A program made the translations under genes and the position numbers. The notes below the pieces were generated by a model. It saw only the letters and a program-made list of their open reading frames with translations. It was not told where the DNA came from and did no database searches. This document shows positions 23,458-34,900 of a DNA stretch of 64,000 bases, piece by piece (position 1 is the stretch's first letter; each line of letters starts with the position of its first letter). The DNA lies in assembly GCA_013239625.1 (NCBI GenBank), contig MU054001.1, positions 2,672,151 through 2,736,150 of the forward strand. The letters are read 5' to 3'. The stretch comes from Lama guanicoe (lineage: Eukaryota).

Positions 23458-25364
23458 GACTTAAGGGCCTAAGTTCTTATCAGTAAAATGAGTGTAAATG
23501 TTACTCATCTTTTGGCCCATTCATTGGAGGATCAAGGAAATAAAACAGCATGATGTTCAGCATGTGGTAGACAATCAAGAAATGGTGGTTTCCTTCTGTT
23601 ATTACTAAAAGTATTGTTATGCCTATGCTTAAATTAGGTGTTTATTGAATCATTAGACAGTTTACCTGTAATATTAATTAGGTTATTCTAACTTAATGTC
23701 TCTGTGTCTTAACCTCCTGCTTAAAGAATCACTTCCGACTGTGATTAAATTTGTGCTAGCACCTCGCAGAGGGATTTAACTCGTCCTCTGGTCACAGTGA
23801 TGCTCTTGTCAGAGACTAGCCTTGTTTAAATTTTCCAGACCACTTGTATACATACCCAGTGGTCAACAAGTGACCCCTTGTACACAGTCTACCTGGTTGT
23901 GTCTGGTAAATCCATCATGGTCCTTATCTAGTTCTTTTTCTTTTTTTTTTTAAGAAGAACCCTACAGGTCTTGCTTTCCTGGTGGTAGAACCAGAGCCCT
24001 CAGGACTTCAGTATGTATAAGACCTGGTTGTCTCTGGATGGGCTGGCAGATGGGAAGGGAGTGGGTAGATGGACCCCTCCCTAGGCTTGATGCTCTATTG
24101 TGAACACTTTTCCCTCTCTGGTGTATACCCTGGTGTATGCAGCAACTCCATTGTGATTTTTCTCCTCTTGAGTATTGTGTTTGCACACAGCTCCTTCTCA
24201 GCAAGAATGGTTCCCAGGTGGTATTCTCTGGCCTGAAGGCTGCTACTTCATTATCGTCTTTGTTAACCTGAGAATACCGGCCTTTGGGTTCGGCAAAGAG
24301 CATATCATTCCTGCTAAATTCACTGTGTCAAAAACAGCTCCTTGCTGGGCTTTGGAGCTTCTTGGTGAACTGCAGCTATTGATCTTCCTTCCAGCATTGT
24401 GAATAATGCAGACAATACAGTTTCTGGGTGCCTTCTCTGAAAACTGCCCAGATTTTGGACTTCAGCTTGATGCAAACTGCATTATAAACATGCCAAGCTT
24501 ATGCTGACAGCACTGAAAGCACATTGGGGTAAACATTTGTGTTTGCTAAAAATGCCTCTAAAGAATTGGAAGTATTTCATCAAAAGATTTATCTGTGTGT
24601 TTTGGGTGGGGGGTGTTTTAAAGCTTTATATGACCCAAAAGCAATGGTTCCTGAGTGTCTCTTTTTTCAGTTTCTGTACTTTTCTAACCTTACGCTTCAA
24701 AAGGAAAATTGGAATGAAAAGGTTAATTCTTGTTTAAAGTTGACTTGTGTCCCTTCCGAGGGATAAAAGATTTTAATTGACAGGTTGTTTACTATAGACA
24801 GGAGTTTTTGGCTTTGATGTGACTATTTTGCTATCTCTTTAGGTTTCTTAGCAAATCTGGGTTTAGGGATCAGATCTGTTGCCTAAGAAAAGATGGCAAT
24901 TATCACTAAGAAATTGCTGGGTTAATTAGGTCTGTCAATAATTCAGGGGGCAATTGGAGCAAAGCTGAGACAGGTTTAGAGCCAATGCTTGTTGCTGTTT
25001 TATGAAACAGTCTGAAATAAACCTCTCTTAGGTCAATAACTCTGACTTGGATAACATTCCATATTTGGAGGTGAATTTAGGCAACTGAACCCAGTAAAAG
25101 CTTTGTGTTTATTAGGATCCACTAGCCATCAGACATTAAATTCTTTACTATTCTAGGGTAGAACCTAAGCTGGGGGAAGGAAATATTAAGGAGAGATTAA
25201 TGTTGCATGTCCATTTCAAAACTCAGTCTGTATCTATGTGATGGTAACCAGTGTTGTGGCCACATTTTATAAATAAATGGTCTTTTAATAACGATGATGT
25301 AGTGCTGGATAGAATATATACATCAGTATCGATTTTTAAATATGTGTAAGGAAGATGCTTTTGT

Positions 25365-25635
25365 AATAATAATAGTAATAAGAACAAAACAACAACAACA
25401 ACAATAATAATAATGATTCTAACATATTGGGTATCTACTATGTGTCAAGTACATGAATATGTGATCTCCAGTTCTCATAATGACTCATAAAGATAGGAAT
25501 TATTAACCTCATTTTACAGATGAGGAGACTGAAGCACAGAGAAGTTAAACGATTTGCTCAAGGTCACATAGCTGATAAGTGGCAGAGCTAAGAACTTAAC
25601 TCAAGACTGTGTGGCTCTGAGCCTGCTTCCCACTA
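25365..25635 (-). mobile_element. MIR SINE with (AAT)/(AAC) tail
   Basis: CATTTTACAGATGAGGAGACTGAAGCACAGAGAAGTTAA...CAAGGTCACATAGCTGATAAGTGGCAGAGC. Confidence 0.9.
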
Positions 25636-25824
25636 AGAAGGCAAATGGTTCAAGGGGAAAATGGTCCATGGGGGCGTTCAGAATGCCTGAGGTGATATTC
25701 TACTTGTACCAAGAACTGTAGTATAAATCTGACTTTTTGGCTCTAACCTTGTTCACCCAGGAGGACTCATCAGTAGTGTTTTCTGCAGATGAGCAGGGGA
25801 AGAGCCCAAAGGCAAGGTTTGGAT

Positions 25825-25990
25825 TTGCTGAACACCTATTATAAATTGGGAAGCTGAACGAAGCACTGCACAAATATTAAATCCTTTAATTATCACAAAA
25901 ATTTGGGGAGGTAGATTTTCATATCTGTATTTTACATATATATGGGAATAAAAAAATCTTGGTCAAAGTTGTATGGCTTGTGAGCAGACA
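25825..25990 (-). mobile_element. MIR fragment
   Basis: TGCTGAACACCTATTA...TTTAATTATCACAA...GAGGTAGATTTTCATATCTGTATTTTACA. Confidence 0.55.
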
Positions 25991-26654
25991 GAAAAAAGAT
26001 TTTTTTGTCTTAAAAGTTTGTAAAATGTCAAAGGACAAATACAAACCTTCCTGAATTTTTCAGCATGTAATGCCCCGTATTTGATACTATGACTAGATTC
26101 TACAAATATAGGAGCATGTTAGTTATATTTTGGGTTAGTTGTTCTATCTATCTATATTTTAACATTAAAAATAGAGAAAAATATTCTCTATAGTTTAATA
26201 CACATCCATCACATCAAGTTGAAATCTCCTTTGTCCACTTCTACTATCACATTCTCTTTCCTTACCCTCCACAGAGGTAAATATTATCATGAAATTTTAT
26301 ATGTATAGTCCATTTTTTTCTACTTCTACTACAATTACTACATATACTACATACATACCACATTCATAAAAACACATAGAATTTTTGTACTTTTTAAATA
26401 TATATGAATAGTACCATATGATATGTATTATTCTTCCATTTGCTTTTATCTTTAAAGCTAAATAGGTATGATCTTGGACCATCCTTGAATTCCTAGCATA
26501 ATGTATCACATCCAAGTAAGACTATTATATTAAAAAAAATTGCCAATTTCACTTTATTAACAATTTATTGGGACTTTTACATAAGATTGGTCTATAATTT
26601 ACTTTTCCTGACCGACTTTACTTGCTTCTGCATTATGGCTTTAGCAGCTTATAA

Positions 26655-29600
26655 AAATGAATTAGTAGAATTCTGCCATTAGAATGGCAACACAGTTAGT
26701 TCCATGAACCTGCTCTTCAGCAAAACAAACATAATTGTTGAAAACTATTTTAAGAGAACAATTATTTAAAGTTTCTGAAAGTTTTCCTAAGGGTGTATAA
26801 TAAATAAAGAAGTATTTATTCAAGAAAACCTACCAAAATTTAGTAAAAGCAGTGGGAATCTGTGGCATTTGAACCATGACTTGTTCCCTCTCTCTCCTTC
26901 TCAGCTTAGTGTGATGGAAACCATACTCTAGGCAAATGCAACCAAGACTCCTTGTCCCATAAGCTATCAGTTGAGATCTAAGTTATCTTCCTGAGAAAGG
27001 TAGACTGCTAGCATTTCCTATCTTTCCCAACTACAGTTCCAGGGGCTAAATTCCAGGTTAAATGTGGCTGCAGTTTGAGGGCTCCCTTCTTTCACCCAGC
27101 TACCCAGCCACTGCTAATACGTTGGAGGCTCTCCTTCAACCATGGCATGCCGAAAGTCCTGGGTCCATTGTCGTACTCCAGCTCATTCATAGAGTGGAGT
27201 TTCTGTGCCCAGGAAAACAAGCAAATAAGAACATAGGGTACTGCCCTATTTAGTATCCTGCTCTTCAAGCAAGGAGAGATGTTATTTAGAGAGAAGCAAG
27301 CCTCTGCCCTTGTTTCTAGTACTGAAGCTGGTGGCTCAGAAATTTTACCCAGGGGGAGATGCAGGTCTTAATTACAGAGAACTTTAAAGCTCTTCCTAAA
27401 GGAAATGACTTTATTTGCAGTGTGCAGAAAGTTCAAACCTAAAAGTGCTCTCAAAGACAATGAAGGTCTTGGAGGTAAAAGCAGCAAGCTAAATACTAAA
27501 CCAGTTAGTTTACCAGAGATATTTAGGGAGAGACATCTAAGAGCTCTCCCTTGGTCAGAACAAACCTCAAACACTGGCCTCAAAAACTACTCATATAAAG
27601 GGATCCAAATTTAATTGAAGCAGACTGTGGAACCATTTATCCTCCAGGGCATTGCCCAAAATAATACAGCAATTATCTGGTGATTAATGGAACCTTATGG
27701 CAGGGTGTGATCATGGAAAGAGGCAGTCAAAGGGAGTCCTACTCATACCACTGTCATGCCATGTGGGTTACTGTGGGCATACCCAAAGCTGTGCCTCCAG
27801 AGGAACAACATCAAAGGTTACATACCATACAGACAGTGATGAGGAATAGACTTAAAATAGTTCAGCCATTCACTAACAAAATGAACAACCAACCAACAGG
27901 AGTCTTCAGAGGTGGGGCACCAGTACCTAGGATTGTTACAGTATTTATCTAAAACGTTCTGTCACCCCACAGCACAAAAGATGAGATATGCAAAGATACA
28001 GGGAAATAGGATACATAAACTGAAAAAAAAGACAACATAAATTGCATGTGAAATGAACCAGATATTAATATTAACAGAAACCCTTCAGAGTAGCAATTCT
28101 AAACATATTCAAAGAACTAAAGGAAAACAAGGTTAAAGAAGTAAAGTATAGTGACAATGTAGTATAAAATAGAGAATATTGATAGAAATTATAAAAAACA
28201 ACTCAATGGGAATTCTGTACAGTTGGCCTTTGAACAACATGAGTTTAGACTGCACAGGTACACTTATGTGCAGATTTTCTTTTCAATAAATATATGTTAC
28301 ATTATTATATATGTGATTGGTTGAATCTGTGGCTGTGGAACCAACCACAAATCCAGGGCCAACTGGGAAGTTATACACAAATTTTTGACTGCATGAAGGG
28401 TCAGTGTCCCTAATCCCTGCATTGTACAAGGGTCAATTTTAGTTGAAAAGTACAATAACTGAAGTTAAAAACTCAATGATGGGCTCAATACTAGATTTGA
28501 ACTGGCAGAAGAAAGGATCAATGAATTTGAATGTAGATCAATAGAAATTATACATTCTGAAGAACATAGGGGGAACACAATGAAGAAAAATGAACAGAGC
28601 ATCAAATATAGGATACCATTAAGCACAACAACATATACATAGAAGTACCAGAGGAAAGGAGAGGGCTGGAAAAATGGTTGAAGAAATAATGACTGAAAAT
28701 TTTCCCAGTCTGATGAAAAACCACAAATCTAAGAAGCGCAACAAACTGTAAGCAGGGTAAATGTGAAGAGATCCACCCACAGAAACATCATAGTATAAAT
28801 GCTGAAAGTTAAATATCAAGAGATAATATCGAAATTAGCAGAGAATAGTAATTCATCATGTAAAAGGGGGCTCCAATAAGACTAAAGCTGACCCCTCATC
28901 AGAAATAATGAAGGCCAGAAATCAGTGGGATGATGTATTCAAAGTGCTATAATTAAAAAAATATTAATGAAGAATTTTATATTCAGCAAAACTATCTTTC
29001 AAAAATAAAGCCCTAAACAAATGACTAAGAAAATATCTCAAAAATAGGGAAAAATCATTAAAGGAATTACATTATTACATTATAAAATATTCACTTAATG
29101 CAAAAGAAAGCAGTAAAAAAGAAACAGAATGGAGATGGACATGAGACATACAGAAACAAAAAGTAAAATGGCAATTACATTAAATATGAACAGATTAAAC
29201 AATCTAATCAAGAGGCAAAGATTGTTAGAGTGGGGAAGGAAAAATAATATTCTATTATATGCTGTCTATAGGAGACACATTTCAGATTCAATAACACAAA
29301 TAAGCTGAAAGGAAAAGAATGGAAAAAGATATATCATGCAAAGAGCAACCATAAGAAAGCTGGAGTGACTACAATAATATAAAATATTTTTAAATGATAT
29401 TGCTAGAGAAAACGAGGGGCATCTTAAATGATAAAAGGGCTCATCCTTTGGAAATATATAACAATTGTAAACATACATGCCCCTAAAAACAGAGTCCCAA
29501 ATACACGACATACAAACAGACAGAATGAAAGGCAGAAATAGACATTTCAAAAGGAATTTAAAAATTTAAAAAATAGGTAGAACACCTGTGCCAAAGATCA

Positions 29601-30585
29601 ACAAGGATATAGAAGACAGCCTACAAAATGGGAAAAAATATTTGCAGGTCTCATATATAATAAGGAACTTGTATTTAGAATATGTAAAAACTCCTACAAC
29701 TCAACAACAGAAAGACACATAACCCAACTGAAAAATGGGCAAAGGATCTAAATAGACATTTTTTTCATAAAAGACATAAAAATTGCCAATAAGCACCTGA
29801 AAATAAGCTTTGACATTATTAGCTGTTAGGAAATGCAAATCAAATCTATAATAAGATATCACTTCATACTTAGTAGGATAGGCATAATCAAAAAGACAAT
29901 AACAACTGCTGGAGAAATTGGAACCATCATACACTGTTGGTGGGAATGTAAAATGGTGCAGCCACACTGGAAAATCATCTGAAAGTTCCTCAAAAGTTTA
30001 AACAATGAGTACCATGCAACCAAGCAACCAAGCAACCAGCAATTAAACTCCTAAGCTTATATTCAAGATAAATGAAAACATATGGTCACACAAAAAACTT
30101 GTACATAAATACTCAAAGCAGCATTATTTATAATAACCCCTAAGAGAAAACAGCCCAAATGTCCAACAACTAATGGGTGGATTAATTGAATATGGTATAT
30201 CCATACAATGCAGTATTATTTGACAATAAAAAAGGAATAAAATGCTTATGCATGCTGCAACATGGATGAATCTTAAAAACATTATGCTAAGTGAAAGGAG
30301 CCAGTTACAAAGGACCACATGTTGTTTGATTCCGTTTATATGAAATATCCAGAATAGGCAGATCCATAGATGTAGAAAGTGGTTGAGTGGTTGCCTAGTA
30401 CTGAGTGGGGTGAGGGGAATGGAGACTCTAAAGAGTATGGAGTTTCTTTTGGGGTGATGAAAATATCCTAGCATTGATTGTGGTGATGGTTGCACAACTG
30501 TGAATAAATGAAATACTATTGAATTGTATGCTTTAAATGGGTGAATTATATAGTATATGAATTATATCTTAATAAAGCTGTTAAT
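26655..30585 (+). mobile_element. Degenerate L1M (L1MB-like 3' end): 5' region, ORF1 remnant, EN remnant, internal deletion, ORF2 3' end, 3' UTR
   Basis: ORF1-like AAAGAACTAAAGGAAA...GATTTGAACTGGCAGAAGAAAGGATCAATGAATTTGAA; EN-like ATATGCTGTCTATAGGAGACACA; 3' GAATTATATCTTAATAAAGCTGTT. No intact ORF. Confidence 0.8.
28220..28439. mobile_element. Tigger2-family (MER8-like) TcMar MITE inserted in L1 ORF1
   Basis: Terminal inverted repeats CAGTTGGCCTTTGAACAA...TTGTACAAGGGTCAATTT, flanked by TA on both sides. Confidence 0.8.
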
Positions 30586-30924
30586 AATGAGCGAATAAAT
30601 GATTGAATGAAAAGAAAAACATTATTTAGGGATGCTTTGCCCCCTTATTGCTAGTCTATGAAACTAAAACTGTAAAACTCAGGAGTTATCTTTTTGTTGT
30701 TCATAGAAAAATGAATATAAAAAGTCTGGGCCTGGTGTCTTTGTAGGGGAGAGATTTCTTTTTCCCATTAGATTAAAATTATTTAATGACAACTAGTTTA
30801 TTTAGATATCTTCTCAAGTCAATTTCGACTGCTTCCCCCACTAAAATATTATCGGTTTCATCTAAGTTAAAGTCAATCATGGTCTTTATTAATTTTAACA
30901 TCTTGGTTACTAAGTCTATTTTCC

Positions 30925-31656
30925 AATAAATGTAGCTGGGCCTTGATGGAGAAATGCTGATTCCCAAGTTAAGGTCAGCAAAATATAAGGTTAACCTAAA
31001 ACGTCTTGTGATGTCCTAAAGTAAGAAAGTGCTGAAACATAATGGTATTATTTAAAAAATACACAGAAACTCATCTATGAGCTCCAAAAGGCCGTATCTT
31101 CGATAATTAGATGAACAATATAGATAATAATGGTAGTACTGGATAATTCATAGAATTAACAAACACCTGTGAGTCCATACTGATAGGAACAAATAACTGA
31201 ATAATTGTTTAAAGAAATGAATGGAGAAAGGACAGCTTTTCCTTAAGGAGGATTTCAATTAATAAAGGTAGAATTAAGGATGAAACAGAAAAATCACCAT
31301 TTTACAAACACCACAATAATAGTTATTGCAGACAAGAATTATCAGTGGATACTGAAATTAGTGAGGAAAATTATTACACTAAGCAGGATATTTGAATTGC
31401 CTCAGTGTATTTCCCCACAAGATATTCATTAATTACAAAGGGACAAAGGTGACTTTAAGTGACTTTACACTATCTTAACCACGTGATTATAGTTAACATC
31501 ACTAGTATGAGCCATATTGATATTACATACTCCTGATATATTACACTGATAAGGACACAACATCACTTCTGCGGTTTTGTTGCTAAAAATGCATAACCTG
31601 AGTTTAATTGTGAGAACATATAAGGTAAACCCTATTTAAGGAATATATATATATAT

Positions 31657-31697
<41 letters not shown>

Positions 31698-31699
31698 CG

Positions 31700-31737
<38 letters not shown>

Positions 31738-32090
31738 GTTCTTTAAAGGATCACAGTCATAAAAGAGAAAGGAGACTGGAACTGTCTCAGAGTGGAAGTA
31801 CTAAGGAGATATGACAACAAACTGCCTTGTTATGAACCTGGATTAGATTGTGGTCCAGATAAAGGATGTTAGACAACTGGTGAAATTTAAACTAGGTCTG
31901 TAGATTAGTTAATAATATTGTACGAATGTTAATTTTCTGTTTAGGATCATTGTATTATGTTAACATTGGACAAGATATTAACATTTAAAGAAACTTGGGT
32001 GAAGGTTATATCAGAACCCTGCATAATATTTCAAATTTTTAAAAATCCTGAAATTATTATGAAATAAAAATTAAAAATATTTAAAAATAG
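30925..32090 (+). mobile_element. L1MC/L1MD-type 3' UTR
   Basis: ATCACCATTTTACAAACACCACAATAATAG...GGACACAACATCACTTCTG...GGTGAAATTTAAACTAGGTCTGTAGATTAG; A-rich end. Confidence 0.7.
31643..31737. repeat. Compound (TA)n/(TG)n microsatellite
   Basis: Long ATAT run followed by GTGCGTGTGT... run. Confidence 0.95.
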
Positions 32091-32099
32091 TTAAAAGTC

Positions 32100-34900
32100 T
32101 ATTATATCTGTGGTTTGGTAGTTTTTCATTTCTAATGGTGTGAGTGGCTTTTCTCTTTTCTTAATCAGTTTATAAGTTGTTTTTAAATTTATGTCCTTGC
32201 GCTAACAGATTCAGCTTTTGTTTTTGATATTGTTTCTATTCCTTTCGTTTGATTGGTCTTCTCTCATTTATTACCTACTATTAACCTTATTATTATTTAT
32301 TTTACTATTTATTAACTTTATTTTATTATTTTAACTTATACTTCCTTTTAATTTATTTTTAGTTTCTCTTCTAGCTTCCAAATTTAGTAAATTCATTGCT
32401 GTATTAGTTTCGTAGGGCTGCCGTAATAAAGTATTGCAATCTGGGTGTCTTTAAAAAACCTTTTATTTTCTTCTTGTTCAAGAAGCTCGAAGTTCAAGAT
32501 CAAGGATCATGTTCTCTAGGAAAGGACCCATTTTTGCCTCATCCAGCTTCTGGTAGCCCTAATTGTTTCTTGGTTTGTGATGGCATCATTCCAATCTCTG
32601 CCTCTACCTTCACATGGCCTTCTTCCTGTCTCTGTCTTATTTTCTGATAAGCACACCAGTTACAATGTATGTAGGGTCTACTCTACTCCAGTAAGACTAT
32701 ATCTTAATTTGATTACATCTTGCAAAGACCTTTTTTTCAAATAAGGCCACATTCACAGGTACCAGGGATTAAAACTTGAACATATTTCCTTGAGGATACA
32801 ATTTAATTACTAACTTTTATTTTTCTTATTTTTTGATGCAGGCATTTAAAGGGCACACTTTTGTCTCTAAGTAGTATCTTAGCTGCATCCCACAATTTTA
32901 AAAATCAAACTTTTGCAGATGTATAATGTGAATAAAGACAGAAGTGTACAAGTAATATACAGCACTCTATGAATTTTCAGTAATTCAACGTACATGTGTA
33001 ACAAGTATTTGGATTACATGATGTATCTTGCACTCCAGAAGCCCCCTTGAACACTCTTCTAATCACTACCCACTCAAGAATAATTAGTATCCTGATTTCT
33101 AAAAGCATTGACTGGGTTGGCTTGTTATTTAGCTTCAGGTAAATGGGACCATAGATCATGTAGTCTTATGTAACTGGCTTCTTTTGTTAAATATTTTGTT
33201 TGTGAGATTCATCCATGTTCTTGTGCAGTGTTGAAAATTGTTCTTTCTTGTGGTTGTCTAGAATTCCATTGTTTATCCATTCTCCTGTTGACAGGCATTT
33301 CGTTAGTTTCCAGTTTTTGGTTAATAGTTACCATGAAAATTCTGTATATTTCTTTTAATGAACATGTGTATGCATTTCTGTTTTGTATTGTCTGGGAGGA
33401 GAATTATTTGGTCCCAGAGTATGCAAATGTTCAGCTTTAGTCAGTACTGTCATATAATTTTCCAAAGTTCTTATGTCAGTTACTTTTCCCTCTAACAGTG
33501 TAATAGAGTTTTAAGCCAGTTCTTGCCAACAGTTGTTATTTTCTGTCTTTTTCCTTTTAGGAATTGTGGGTGTGTGATCTTATCTAGCTGTGGTTTTAAT
33601 GTGCATTTCTATGATGAAATCAAATATGCTTTCATAATTGTAATGACCATGTAGATATCATATTTTGTGAGGTGCCTGTTGAAGTGTTTTATTCTTTTTT
33701 CTATTCCATTGTTTTCCTTTTCCTTTTTGATTTATAGTTCTTTATATATTCTTTTTATAAGTCCATTGCAGGGTATATGTATTATATATCTCCCATAAGT
33801 TTTTCATATATACTATTTATAATTGTCATTTGTTTGAAATATTCTAGAATTGCAATGTAATTTCCTTAATCCATGGTTTATTTAGGTGGGTATTTTAGTT
33901 ACATGTATATATAATATGCATAATAATATACATATATAATGTGCATAATATATTATATATACACAAAACTAAAATGCTCTCCCTAAATAAATGATGGATT
34001 AAGGAAATTGCATTTTAATGATAAAATATATACATATTACTTCCAGGTGTTTCCAGGTGTTTTATATACAATTGCATTTTAACTATATGACATATATGTA
34101 TTGCTTCTTCCAAAGATTTTGTTTTTCCTTCTTAGGTGTATAGATAGATCTATTTATAAATGTATCAATTGAGATGACCTTATAAAGTTATTTGAAGTAG
34201 AAACTATGCCACTAATAATAAATCTTATTAATTATATTAGTCATATCTCCCTATACCCTTGATTTTGGTCATTTTGATCTATTAGTTTCCAAAAGAAGTG
34301 TGTTAAAATCTCCCACCTTATGAAATTAAACCATCTTTTGTTTTATGTTTTTAAGATGCATAAGATTTTAATATCTTCTTGATGGTTATTTCTCTTTATG
34401 CAATGGTTGTTTATGGTTATTTTATTGTATAATATCCTTTATATTTATTAGTATCCCTTGCTTTAAATACTATTTTGTTATAATAATATTGTCACTATAC
34501 AAGCTTTTAGTGTTGTTTATAATTGTTTTTCTTTTACCATTCCTTTATTCTCAACCTTTCTAAATCATTTTCCCTTAGTTTGATGTCTCTAAGCAGAAGA
34601 CAGTTTGGTTTTTATTGTTTATCCAATCTGACATTTCCTTGAATTAATGTCATTGAATTTGAAAAAAATGTATTTTTATTGTCTACCTTTGGTTTTAAGT
34701 TTGCCATGCTTTTTCTTAGCTTTTTTTTTTCTTTTCATATGTCTTATAGATTGATAGAATTTTATTTATTCTCTTTGATTTCCTCTATTAGTTTGGAAGT
34801 TTTGATTAATGGTTTGTATCTCAGGTATTTTGATGACTATTATTAAACTTGTAAGGCGATATGTAGATACCTAATTCTCTCTCTCTTTTTTTAGATTTCA
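32100..34900 (-). mobile_element. Degenerate antisense L1 (L1ME-like) fragments
   Basis: T-rich; TGTGAGATTCATCCATGTT, TGTGGTTTTAATGTGCATTTCT, GTGTTAAAATCTCCCAC and TTTATCCAATCTGACA. Several pieces, interrupted by the MLT1 at 32400. Confidence 0.65.
32400..32815 (-). mobile_element. MLT1A/B/C-like solo LTR
   Basis: TGTATTAGTTTCGTAGGGCTGCCGTAATAAAGTA...GAAGTTCAAGATCAAGG...CAAATAAGGCCACATTCACAGGTACCAGGGATTA. Confidence 0.85.
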
